Positions 22,768-30,404 of a DNA stretch of 32,000 nucleotides are shown here, one piece after another. How positions within the stretch are numbered: position 1 is the first letter of the stretch; every line of letters begins with the position of its first letter. The DNA lies in the NCBI GenBank assembly GCA_016196885.1, contig JACPWU010000004.1:1-32000 (forward strand), in the 5' to 3' direction. The translations under genes and the position numbers were made by a program. Under the pieces are notes generated by a model. That model made no database searches. It saw nothing but the letters and a program-made list of their open reading frames with translations, and was not told the DNA's origin. The stretch is from Chlamydiota bacterium. Lineage in GTDB: Bacteria; Auribacterota; JACPWU01.

Positions 22768-24714
22768 ATGGACGACACAAATCTTAAAATCTTTTCTTTG
22801 GTGGGGCTTCATCGCTTCCTCAAATTTACAGCCGTTGCGACCTTTTTTCTTTTATGTGCAGGGGCCTTGGTGACGAGTACGGGATCGGGCCTGGCAGTGC
22901 CGGACTGGCCGCTTTCCTACGGGCAGTTTTTTCCGCCCATGATCGGCGGGATTCTCTACGAGCATGGCCACCGCATGATTGCAGGGTGTGTGGGGATTCT
23001 CGCCTTTGTTCAAGCGGTCTTGCTTTTTTTGAAGGAGCCCAGGCGATGGGTGAGGGTCGTGGGGATGGTCGCCTTTCTTGTGATTGTTCTTCAAGCGGTA
23101 TTGGGCGGCATGACGGTTCTTTTCCTTTTGCCTCATGCTGTTTCAATCAGCCACGCCGGCTTGGCCGAAATCTTTTTTTCTCTCATGGTGAGTTTGGCTC
23201 TTTTCACCTCGCCCCGTTGGAAGAGTTCCGTGGAATCTGGCCCGAGTGTAGGAGAGGCTTTTTCGAATGAACTTTCTCTCAAACAAGGGAAGGTTCGTCT
23301 CCGGTTTTTAAGTACTGCGGTCACGCTTTTGATTTACGTTCAAATTCTTTTGGGTGCTTTTTTTCGCCATACGGGTTCTGGGATTTTGGCTCATATTTTG
23401 GGTGCAAGTGTTGTCACACTTGGAATCGGTTGGTTGGTTTCTCATGTCTTAAAAAAGTATTTTTATGAGCGCCACCTTTTGAAGTTGGCGTTGACTCTGA
23501 TGTTTCTTTTAATTTTGCAATTGCCTTTGGGGGTGGCTTCTTACTGGATCAAAATGGCGACTCTCGATTTGGATCAACCGCATCCTTTGAAGGTAATTTT
23601 GACTGCCGTACATTTAGCCTTGGGCGCTTTGATGTTGGCGACCTCTCTAGTTTTGACATTGTGGGCTTTTGCGAAGGATTATTCGGTGTCGGGTCCTGTC
23701 CCTCCTCACCCCCATCGACGGCATCAGTCTCGTCATGGTTTTTTTCAAGGAATGTCCAGGATTTTGTCTCGACTTGCTGGCGTTCGATGGGGGGCCCCCA
23801 GTCGGGCCACCCGACATGAGCGTCCTTTCAAAAAAATCTCCAATTATTTTGAAATGACCAAACCTAGAATTGTCATGATGGTTCTAGTGACAACCGCCAT
23901 GGGCTTTTGTCTGGGCAGTTGGGGAGCCTTTAATTTTGCCCTTCTTTTTCAGACCCTTTTGGGAACAGCTCTGGTGGGTGGGGGGGCTTGTGTACTCAAT
24001 GAATACATTGAAATAGATGCAGATGGATTAATGAAAAGAACCTGCTCCAGACCGCTTCCTGCAGGTAAAATTGAACCCCCCAAGGCACTTCTCTTTGGAA
24101 TCATGCTTTCAATTTTAGGAATTTTGCATTTGGTTTTTTGGGTGAATCTCTTGACCGGAATGTTGGCTTCTTTGACCTTGGTCAGTTATATTTTTATTTA
24201 TACTCCTTTGAAGAAAAAAACCACTCTTTGTACGTTGATGGGGGCCATTCCCGGTGCTATTCCTCCCGCGATGGGTTGGGCAGCTGCCAGAGATCATTTA
24301 GGGGGTGGGGCATGGATTCTTTTTGGTATTTTATATATGTGGCAGCTGCCTCATTTTTTGAGTTTGGCAGGAATTTACAGAGAAGATTATCAAAGAGGAG
24401 GTTTCCAAATGTTACCCGTTTTGGATAAGGATGGGAGATTGACGGGACGTCAGATCTTACTTTATACTGTCGCTTTAATGTGCGTGAGTCTGGTTCCCAC
24501 GTTGCAAGGGTTAACGGGCGCAGTCTATTTTTTTGGAGCCTTAGCGTTAGGTTTTATTTTTTTGGGAGTTGGGGTGCGTTCTCTTTTCCCAGCTCGCAGG
24601 AGTGGGAAAGAAGATTCAGCGGTCCAATTGCTTGCGGTTTATCGGAAACTTTTCCGTGTGTCTATTTTGTACTTACCACTTTTGTTGGTTTTGATGTGGG
24701 TGGATAAAATTTAG
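22768..24714 (+). CDS. Fusion of heme A synthase (COX15/CtaA-like) and protoheme IX farnesyltransferase (CtaB/CyoE)
   Basis: 648 aa. The N-terminal half has AVPDWPLSYGQ and HGHRMIAG. A basic, His-rich linker follows. The C-terminal half has the UbiA-family NEYIEIDADGLMKRTCSRPLPAG. Confidence 0.8.
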   Translation: MDDTNLKIFSLVGLHRFLKFTAVATFFLLCAGALVTSTGSGLAVPDWPLSYGQFFPPMIGGILYEHGHRMIAGCVGILAFVQAVLLFLKEPRRWVRVVGMVAFLVIVLQAVLGGMTVLFLLPHAVSISHAGLAEIFFSLMVSLALFTSPRWKSSVESGPSVGEAFSNELSLKQGKVRLRFLSTAVTLLIYVQILLGAFFRHTGSGILAHILGASVVTLGIGWLVSHVLKKYFYERHLLKLALTLMFLLILQLPLGVASYWIKMATLDLDQPHPLKVILTAVHLALGALMLATSLVLTLWAFAKDYSVSGPVPPHPHRRHQSRHGFFQGMSRILSRLAGVRWGAPSRATRHERPFKKISNYFEMTKPRIVMMVLVTTAMGFCLGSWGAFNFALLFQTLLGTALVGGGACVLNEYIEIDADGLMKRTCSRPLPAGKIEPPKALLFGIMLSILGILHLVFWVNLLTGMLASLTLVSYIFIYTPLKKKTTLCTLMGAIPGAIPPAMGWAAARDHLGGGAWILFGILYMWQLPHFLSLAGIYREDYQRGGFQMLPVLDKDGRLTGRQILLYTVALMCVSLVPTLQGLTGAVYFFGALALGFIFLGVGVRSLFPARRSGKEDSAVQLLAVYRKLFRVSILYLPLLLVLMWVDKI

Positions 24715-24722
24715 GAGATACT

Positions 24723-25322
24723 ATGAGTCATGCGGCAACAGCGAGTGATGTAAAGGGTTTGAGCCATCCCCTGGGGGTCAACAATGCGAAATTGTGCATG
24801 TGGCTTTTTTTGTGTTCAGAGGTGATGTTTTTCGCAGGATTGATCGGATCTTACATCGTGCTTCGGCTGGGAAGTTTGACTTGGCCGACCCCGGGCGAGA
24901 TTCTCAACATCCCTCTGACAGGGGTCAATACGTTTATCTTGATTTGCAGCAGTGTCACCATGGTAAAGGCCTTCGCCTGGGCGCACATGGGAAATCAAAC
25001 CAAGATCAAAAGGCACCTTTTTCTAACCTTTCTTTTTGGCGTGATCTTTCTTTCGATCCAGGCCATCGAATATTACAAGTTGTATCATCATCATGGGTTA
25101 CATCCTTCGGGCAATCTTTATGGGACCTGTTTTTATATCCTTACAGGCTTTCATGGCTGCCACGTTTTGGGAGGGGTGATTGCAGTCTTTGTTCTTTGGA
25201 TCCGGTCTTTGTTGGGACATTTTACAAAGGGGCGTCATGCCCCGGTTGAATTGGTGGGGCTTTATTGGCATTTTGTGGATTTGGTGTGGATTATTTTATT
25301 TACGATTGTTTATTTGATATAA
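24723..25322 (+). CDS. coxC: Cytochrome c oxidase subunit III
   Basis: 199 aa, multi-TM, with TGFHGCHVLGGV and GLYWHFVDLVWI motifs. Confidence 0.9.
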   Translation: MSHAATASDVKGLSHPLGVNNAKLCMWLFLCSEVMFFAGLIGSYIVLRLGSLTWPTPGEILNIPLTGVNTFILICSSVTMVKAFAWAHMGNQTKIKRHLFLTFLFGVIFLSIQAIEYYKLYHHHGLHPSGNLYGTCFYILTGFHGCHVLGGVIAVFVLWIRSLLGHFTKGRHAPVELVGLYWHFVDLVWIILFTIVYLI

Positions 25323-25338
25323 TCTCTTCGGGAGATTC

Positions 25339-25626
25339 ATGATGGACCAGGAAAAAGTTGAAAATTTCACGCATCCCAATTATGTTGCAGTTTGGATATG
25401 GCTTTTGGTTTTAACGGTGTTGGAGGTCTGTGCCCTTTATTTGCCTTGCGCCAAGGTTGTAAAAATTTCCGCATTGGTATTTTTGGCCATTACGAAGGCT
25501 CTTCTTGTGGCCATGTATTTTATGCATCTTAAATTTGAGCGCTTGGTTCTGATCGCAGTGATTGTTTATCCTGTGGTTTTATCGTTGGTGTTGACCCTTC
25601 TCACGCGTCTAAGTCTTAAGATCTAA
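25339..25626 (+). CDS. Cytochrome c oxidase subunit IV (prokaryotic type)
   Basis: 95 aa with 3 TM segments, YVAVWIWLLVLT and MHLKFE motifs, and operon position after coxC. Confidence 0.7.
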   Translation: MMDQEKVENFTHPNYVAVWIWLLVLTVLEVCALYLPCAKVVKISALVFLAITKALLVAMYFMHLKFERLVLIAVIVYPVVLSLVLTLLTRLSLKI

Positions 25627-25645
25627 CGCTATTTCGGGCAATCCC

Positions 25646-26287
25646 TTGACTTTGGATTCCAAAATCTTTCAGAGACTTTTGTGGGGCCTCCTCGTTTTTG
25701 TGATGTCGGGGGTTTTCGGTGCTTTTGTTTGGTCGAAATGGCAAAGTGTCTCCCCGCCTCTTCCTATTTATGGAACGCTTCCTGATGTTGAATTGACAGA
25801 AAGAAATGGAAAAACTTTTCTCCTCTCAGATTTGAATGGGAAAATCTGGATTGCCAATTTCATTTTTACGCATTGTGGGGGACAATGTCCCCTCATGAGC
25901 TCAGAAATGAAGAGGATGCGAGGTGAGTTGTCTCCCAGCGATGATTTGAGATGGGTGTCTTTTACGGTGGATCCCCAAAGGGATACGCCAGAAGTTTTAT
26001 CCAGTTACGCTCAAGGTTTAGGGGCCGGGGATGACTGGTTATTTCTTACGGGAGATCAGGATAAAATTTTTAATTTGGCAAGAAAGGGATTTTACCTAGG
26101 CGTGGAGGAAGGCGGGACAAAAGTGGAACCCATCATGCACAGCAACCGCTTTGTCTTGGTGGACCGCCAGGGCCATATTCGGGGGAGTTACAGTGTTTTG
26201 GGAGATTTTTCGGGATCGGGTTCTGTGGATTTATCAGCTCTGGCCCAATTGAAAAAAGATGTGATGAATTTATTGAGGGAAAAATGA
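25646..26287 (+). CDS. SCO1/SenC copper chaperone (thioredoxin fold)
   Basis: 213 aa with a TTG start (uncertain), an N-terminal TM anchor, CGGQCP (CxxxC) and a downstream conserved His (MHSNRFVLVD). Confidence 0.85.
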   Translation: MTLDSKIFQRLLWGLLVFVMSGVFGAFVWSKWQSVSPPLPIYGTLPDVELTERNGKTFLLSDLNGKIWIANFIFTHCGGQCPLMSSEMKRMRGELSPSDDLRWVSFTVDPQRDTPEVLSSYAQGLGAGDDWLFLTGDQDKIFNLARKGFYLGVEEGGTKVEPIMHSNRFVLVDRQGHIRGSYSVLGDFSGSGSVDLSALAQLKKDVMNLLREK

Positions 26288-26700
26288 GTTTCATCCCTCT
26301 TTCCATTTTCCCAAAGTTAAATGCTTCTTTAAATGCGACTTCGGCGTGTTTTCTCCTGGCGGGATATATTCTGATCCGCAAAAAGAAAATTTCGGCCCAT
26401 CGTTTTTGCATGCTGGGCGCTTTAATCGTTTCTTTCGTCTTCCTCATTTGTTATCTTTATTACCATGCGCATCATGGCGTGACCCGGTTTCAAGGTCAGG
26501 GATGGCTTCGACCTTGTTATTTTTCGATTCTCATTTCGCATACGGTTTTGGCGGTGCTTGTTTTCCCTATGGCGCTTGTGACGGTCTATCGGGCCTTTAG
26601 GGAGGATTGGAGTCGCCATAAGCGGTTGGCCCGCTGGACGTTCCCGATATGGCTTTATGTGTCTATCACAGGTGTGATCGTTTATGCGATGCTTTATTAA
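26284..26700 (+). CDS. DUF420 (CtaM-like) membrane protein
   Basis: 138 aa with 4 TM segments, ATGA overlap with the SCO1 gene and the usual cox-operon context. Confidence 0.7.
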   Translation: MSFIPLSIFPKLNASLNATSACFLLAGYILIRKKKISAHRFCMLGALIVSFVFLICYLYYHAHHGVTRFQGQGWLRPCYFSILISHTVLAVLVFPMALVTVYRAFREDWSRHKRLARWTFPIWLYVSITGVIVYAMLY

Positions 26701-26709
26701 CCCCTCCAT

Positions 26710-26793
26710 CTCCCCTTAAATTAAGGGGAGGGTAAAAACATTCCCTTGAGTAAGGGAAACTCCCCTCTTATTTAAGAGGGGTAGGGGGAGTTA
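26710..26793. repeat. Three consecutive C/G-tract hairpins; the last is copy B of the CCCCTCTT/AAGAGGGG element
   Basis: ctcccctta-aat-taaggggag (26710-26730), ttccctt-gagt-aagggaa (26741-26758), and tcccctcttatttaagaggggtagggggagtta (26761-26793). Confidence 0.7.
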
Positions 26794-26843
26794 GCTTTTT
26801 TAACAACATTGACCTTCGACAGGTATTTTTCTAATATGAACTC

Positions 26844-27089
26844 ATGAAGTATTTACGCAATATTATTTTCATCGTGACTTTTTCCCTGCTTGAAAAAAGC
26901 TTTGCCTGGTCTTGTCCTAACTGTAAAGATTTTTTAGCAACCGAGAGTGCCAGCGCTTTGGCTCGGGGATATTATTGGAGTATTTTGATGATGGTGTCTC
27001 TTCCTTTTGTGCTCGTGGGAATGATTTCCTTTTTGATTTTTTTGAATGTTCGTTCAAAGAGAAAACTTAGCACGGAAGATCCTCTCTAA
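26844..27089 (+). CDS. Small membrane protein with a periplasmic CPNC motif (hypothetical)
   Basis: 81 aa with a signal-like N-terminus, CPNC and one C-terminal TM segment. No clear SD. Confidence 0.4.
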   Translation: MKYLRNIIFIVTFSLLEKSFAWSCPNCKDFLATESASALARGYYWSILMMVSLPFVLVGMISFLIFLNVRSKRKLSTEDPL

Positions 27090-28368
27090 ACATTTGAAAA
27101 AGAAAATATTCAATTCCTTCTCTTCTTCTAGAAATCCCTGGTTCTTCGTTCCTTCTCTTTATTTTGCTGAGGGGCTTCCCTATGTCTTGGTCAATACGGT
27201 CTCGGTGATTCTCTACAAACGTTTGGGGATTGCGAATGCGAAAATCGCCTTTTGGACAGAGCTCGTTGCCTTTGTGTGGGTTTTTAAGATGTGTTGGGGT
27301 CCTCTCGTAGATACACATTCGACCCAAAGAAATTGGATTGTCGGCACCCAGGGCGTTTTATTCATTTTTATTTTGTTCATTGCTTTTTCACTGAGTCTGA
27401 CATCTTTCTTTTTATTTTCACTTTTGGCCTTGAGCGGTGTTGCGTTTTTTTCAGCCACGCATGATATTGCGGTGGATGGCTTTTACTTGCTATCTCTTTC
27501 GAAAGAAGAACAGTCCTTTTATGTGGGGATTCGATCACTCTTTTATCGAATTGCCATGATCTTTGGTTCTGGAGCGCTGGTGTATACAGCCGGCTCTCTA
27601 GAAGCCTCTCTTGGAAATGTGACATTAAGCTGGACGGTGGTGTTGATTCTTGCCTCTCTTTTCATGGGTCTTCTTTCCCTCTATCATCGCTGGGTTCTCC
27701 CTTTCCCCGATCAAGATGCAATGACGCCTGTCAGGAGTACTTTTCAAGGGCATCCATTTTTAGAAATTATTTTCTCCTATTTTCGCCAAAAAAAGATAGG
27801 GGGGGTGCTCTTGTTTATCCTTCTGTATCGTTTTGGGGAGGCCATGCTGGTCAAAATGGTTGCGCCCTTTCTGTTGGACAAAAGAGAAATGGGAGGGATG
27901 GCTTTAACAACAGCTCAAGTGGGATTGATTTATGGAACCTTGGGCGTTTTGGGGTTGATTGCAGGTGGGATTCTGGGAGGGATTCTGATTTCAAAGCTGG
28001 GTCTTAAAATTTGTATTTGGCCGATGGCCCTGGCCTTGAATCTGCCAGACCTTCTCTATGTTTATTTGGCATATGTGCATCCCCCTCTTTACTGCGTGGG
28101 TTCTTTTATTGTGTTAGAGCAGTTTGGATATGGAATCGGTTTCACTGCATTTACTGTTTTTTTAATGCAGGTTTCCAAAGGAAGGTATCCCACATCTCAT
28201 TTTGCCATTTCAACAGGGATCATGGCTTTAGGAATGAGAATCCCTGGGATGGTGAGCGGATATCTGCAACAGGTCTTAGGCTATCCTTTATTTTTCATTG
28301 CCGTGTGTTTTGTCACTTTGCCTGGGATGCTGTTGATTCCTTTTCTTCCACTCGAGGATGGGAAATGA
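27046..28368 (+). CDS. AmpG-family MFS transporter (muropeptide permease-like)
   Basis: 440 aa. The SLYFAEGLPYVLVNTVSVILYKRLG ... WGPLVD pattern is typical of AmpG-like MFS proteins. The start is uncertain (44-nt overlap with the upstream ORF; alternative TTG at 27094). Confidence 0.8.
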   Translation: MFVQRENLARKILSKHLKKKIFNSFSSSRNPWFFVPSLYFAEGLPYVLVNTVSVILYKRLGIANAKIAFWTELVAFVWVFKMCWGPLVDTHSTQRNWIVGTQGVLFIFILFIAFSLSLTSFFLFSLLALSGVAFFSATHDIAVDGFYLLSLSKEEQSFYVGIRSLFYRIAMIFGSGALVYTAGSLEASLGNVTLSWTVVLILASLFMGLLSLYHRWVLPFPDQDAMTPVRSTFQGHPFLEIIFSYFRQKKIGGVLLFILLYRFGEAMLVKMVAPFLLDKREMGGMALTTAQVGLIYGTLGVLGLIAGGILGGILISKLGLKICIWPMALALNLPDLLYVYLAYVHPPLYCVGSFIVLEQFGYGIGFTAFTVFLMQVSKGRYPTSHFAISTGIMALGMRIPGMVSGYLQQVLGYPLFFIAVCFVTLPGMLLIPFLPLEDGK

Positions 28369-28376
28369 GCAAAGGT

Positions 28377-29111
28377 TTATCTAGAAGAAAACGAACTGAT
28401 TTTCACTTCTCCCATCAAGAAAGCCCCATCTTCTAAAATCAAATGCCTCGTTTCAAGGGATCCGAGAAAAACGGCCTTGCTTTTTAATTCTACCGTTTGA
28501 GAGGTCTGGATTTTTCCATGGAATTGTCCCGCCAGGGTGATTCTCTCGACTTTAAATCCTTTTTTAAGATGACATTGGACATGGGATTCTAGAATCAAAT
28601 GAGGGGCTTGGAGGCCTCCTTCGAAAATGGCCCCTGCCTTGAGGGTGATCCTCTCTTGCGCGGTGAGTTTCCCAATAAATTTTCCTGCAATGTTAGCCTC
28701 TTTGACCTTGGCGGTTGAATTGAGAACTGTGGTATTCGTCGGAACGTCGAGCGATCCATGGGTTTCAAGGTCTCGACTGAGCATATCTTTGACATGATAA
28801 TCTTGAAGGTCATTTCTGTAACCGCATTTCTTGCACATGACAGACTGGGCACCCGGAGAAGTTGCAAGCTCCACCTGACATCTAAAGCACGGGACATTTT
28901 TATAGGCGATTTCTTTGGTTTGGGTGAGGGCCCGAGGGTGTAGCGCTTTTTGAATGTCAATCAAGAGATGACATTTGGAACAGAAAATAGAAAGACCGTC
29001 TGGGCGAACCTCCTGCAGGCTTTTACAGTGAGGGCAAGAAAGGGCAACAGTTCGCCCTGTTGCCTTGCGAGGCTGAGCGAGAGGGGCTGGGTTCTTAGGC
29101 ATGGTATTCAC
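28377..29111 (-). CDS. Double zinc-ribbon N-terminus fused to a bactofilin domain
   Basis: 244 aa with CPHC..CSKC and CFRC..CKKC pairs. These are followed by bactofilin-like beta-helix repeats (IAGKFIGKLTAQERITLKAGAIFEGGL...). Confidence 0.7.
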   Translation of the reverse strand: MNTMPKNPAPLAQPRKATGRTVALSCPHCKSLQEVRPDGLSIFCSKCHLLIDIQKALHPRALTQTKEIAYKNVPCFRCQVELATSPGAQSVMCKKCGYRNDLQDYHVKDMLSRDLETHGSLDVPTNTTVLNSTAKVKEANIAGKFIGKLTAQERITLKAGAIFEGGLQAPHLILESHVQCHLKKGFKVERITLAGQFHGKIQTSQTVELKSKAVFLGSLETRHLILEDGAFLMGEVKISSFSSR

Positions 29112-29114
29112 AGG

Positions 29115-29184
29115 ATAGCGTACAGCGTATAGCGTTCAGCGTACAGAAAAAAATCCCCTCGTTATAAACGGACCGCTGTACGCT
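29115..29184. repeat. Inverted heptamer arrays of the NNAGCGT family
   Basis: ATAGCGT ACAGCGT ATAGCGT TCAGCGT ACAG at 29115-29146, facing GACCGCT GTACGCT at 29171-29184. Confidence 0.85.
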
Positions 29185-29578
29185 ACTTTCTTGCCTCAAC
29201 CAATTCATTGAAAGGGGCCTTGGAAAATTTAGAGACCACCTCCGATATTTTTTTACCATCGGGATTAACTTCCGATTTCCCGCAGAAAACGACGCCCTCT
29301 TCAATGACAAGCCGAGAGGCTTTGATGTCGCCTAGAAGCTGGGCTTGTGCCTTTAATTCCACTTTGTCTCGAGCGGTGATATTGCCTTGCACTTTTCCTT
29401 CAAGGGTAGCGCTTTGAACGTTAATGTCCCCTTTCACTTCGCCCGTAGGGCCCAGGACAAAGTGGCCTTCAGAAATCACTTGCCCTTCGATTTTTCCGTC
29501 CAGTCTCAAGGTGTTGGTAAATTTTAAAGTTCCTTTTAATTCTACTTCTGCGTTAAGAATATTTTCTTGATTTGTCAT
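29183..29578 (-). CDS. Bactofilin (polymer-forming cytoskeletal protein)
   Basis: ATG at 29578, 7 nt after aggag. Repeats: VELKGTLKFTNTLRLDGKIEGQV ... LEGKVQGNI ... LLGDIKASRLVIEEGVVFCGK. Confidence 0.85.
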   Translation of the reverse strand: MTNQENILNAEVELKGTLKFTNTLRLDGKIEGQVISEGHFVLGPTGEVKGDINVQSATLEGKVQGNITARDKVELKAQAQLLGDIKASRLVIEEGVVFCGKSEVNPDGKKISEVVSKFSKAPFNELVEARK

Positions 29579-29695
29579 AAATCGCTCCTTGATTTTGATA
29601 TTTGATTTAAGCACACCGCTTTGGATTTGTCACGGGAAAAGGGCCTTTTCGCTTGAATCTGCCGATTCTGATGTGATAGTGTGCCTACGTACCGA

Positions 29696-29758
29696 TGTGT
29701 CAATGTGCCAATGAAAAAAAGATATCATGGCGTTGGCACATAGGTACATTGGCACAAT
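29696..29758. promoter_or_regulatory. Cluster of TTGGCACA / TGTGCCAA half-sites upstream of tpx (candidate operator or hairpin)
   Basis: atgtgtcaatgtgccaatg (29695-29713) faces gttggcacat (29732-29741) and cattggcacaatg (29747-29759). tataat lies at 29761-29766. Confidence 0.35.
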
Positions 29759-29778
29759 GTTATAATAAGGAGGTATTT

Positions 29779-30297
29779 ATGTCTCAAGAGAGAAAAGGGG
29801 CTGTGACATTTAAGGGAAATCCTCTCACACTCGTGGGTCCAGAGCTCAAGGTTGGAGCCCAGGCGCCTGAGTTCCAGCTTTTGGCGAATGATTTATCCGT
29901 GGTAAATTTGGCCAGTTCAAAAGGCAAGACGCGTCTTTTTAATGTGGTCCCTTCTTTGGACACGCCTGTCTGTGATTTACAGACGAAGCGTTTCAATGAA
30001 GAAGCGGGGAGATTCCCCTCTCAGATTCAGGTTTATACGGTCAGTTGTGATCTTCCCTTTGCGCAAGCAAGGTGGTGTGGTCAGGCCAAAGCAGATCGAA
30101 TTAAATTCCTTTCAGATCATCGTGATCTCTCCTTCGGTCAAGCCTATGGTCTTTGGATCAAAGAGCTTCGGCTTTTGACCCGAGCGGTGGTCATCGTGGA
30201 TGCCAATGATAAAGTTTCCTATATTCAGGTGGTTAAGGAAGTGACGAATCAACCTGATTACGAGGATGTGTTGAATTCTTTAAAGCAGAAGGTTTAA
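29779..30297 (+). CDS. tpx: Thiol peroxidase (atypical 2-Cys peroxiredoxin)
   Basis: ATG at 29779 after aaggagg. Shows VTFKGNPLTLVG, the peroxidatic-Cys motif PSLDTPVC and a resolving-Cys region YTVSCDLPFAQ. Confidence 0.9.
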   Translation: MSQERKGAVTFKGNPLTLVGPELKVGAQAPEFQLLANDLSVVNLASSKGKTRLFNVVPSLDTPVCDLQTKRFNEEAGRFPSQIQVYTVSCDLPFAQARWCGQAKADRIKFLSDHRDLSFGQAYGLWIKELRLLTRAVVIVDANDKVSYIQVVKEVTNQPDYEDVLNSLKQKV

Positions 30298-30301
30298 TAG
30301 A

Positions 30302-30387
30302 ATAGCGTACAGCGGTAAGCGTACAGCGTACAGTTAAAAAAGTAAGATTTGTTTTTACTGACCGCTGAGCGCTATACGCTGTACGCT
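30302..30387 (+). terminator. Long hairpin built from NNAGCGT / NNNCGCT heptamer arrays, followed by a T-rich tract
   Basis: Left arm 30302-30333, right arm 30360-30387, then tttcttttgg. Lies directly after the tpx stop. Confidence 0.6.
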
Positions 30388-30404
30388 TTCTTTTGGAATG
30401 AATC

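Noticed and set aside
29579-29614. 12-codon extension of the bactofilin ORF
   Set aside because: It is encoded by the AT-rich heptamer repeat. ATG 29578 has a strong aggag SD 7 nt upstream.
29733-29756. Sigma-54 promoter (TGGCAC ... TTGC) upstream of tpx
   Set aside because: The GG-to-GC spacing is 17 nt rather than the 12 nt of the -24/-12 consensus. The TGGCAC strings are better explained as repeated half-sites.
29695-29778. 28-codon extension of the tpx ORF (MCQCANEKKISWRWHIGTLAQCYNKEVF)
   Set aside because: It is made of the TGTGCCAA/TTGGCACA repeats and contains the tataat and SD for the ATG at 29779. Tpx homology begins at MSQERKG.
2924-30387. Possibility that the short periodic repeats are CRISPR arrays
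   Set aside because: The units are 7 nt with no unique spacers of 25-40 nt, the arrays have only 3-4 units, and no cas genes are present.
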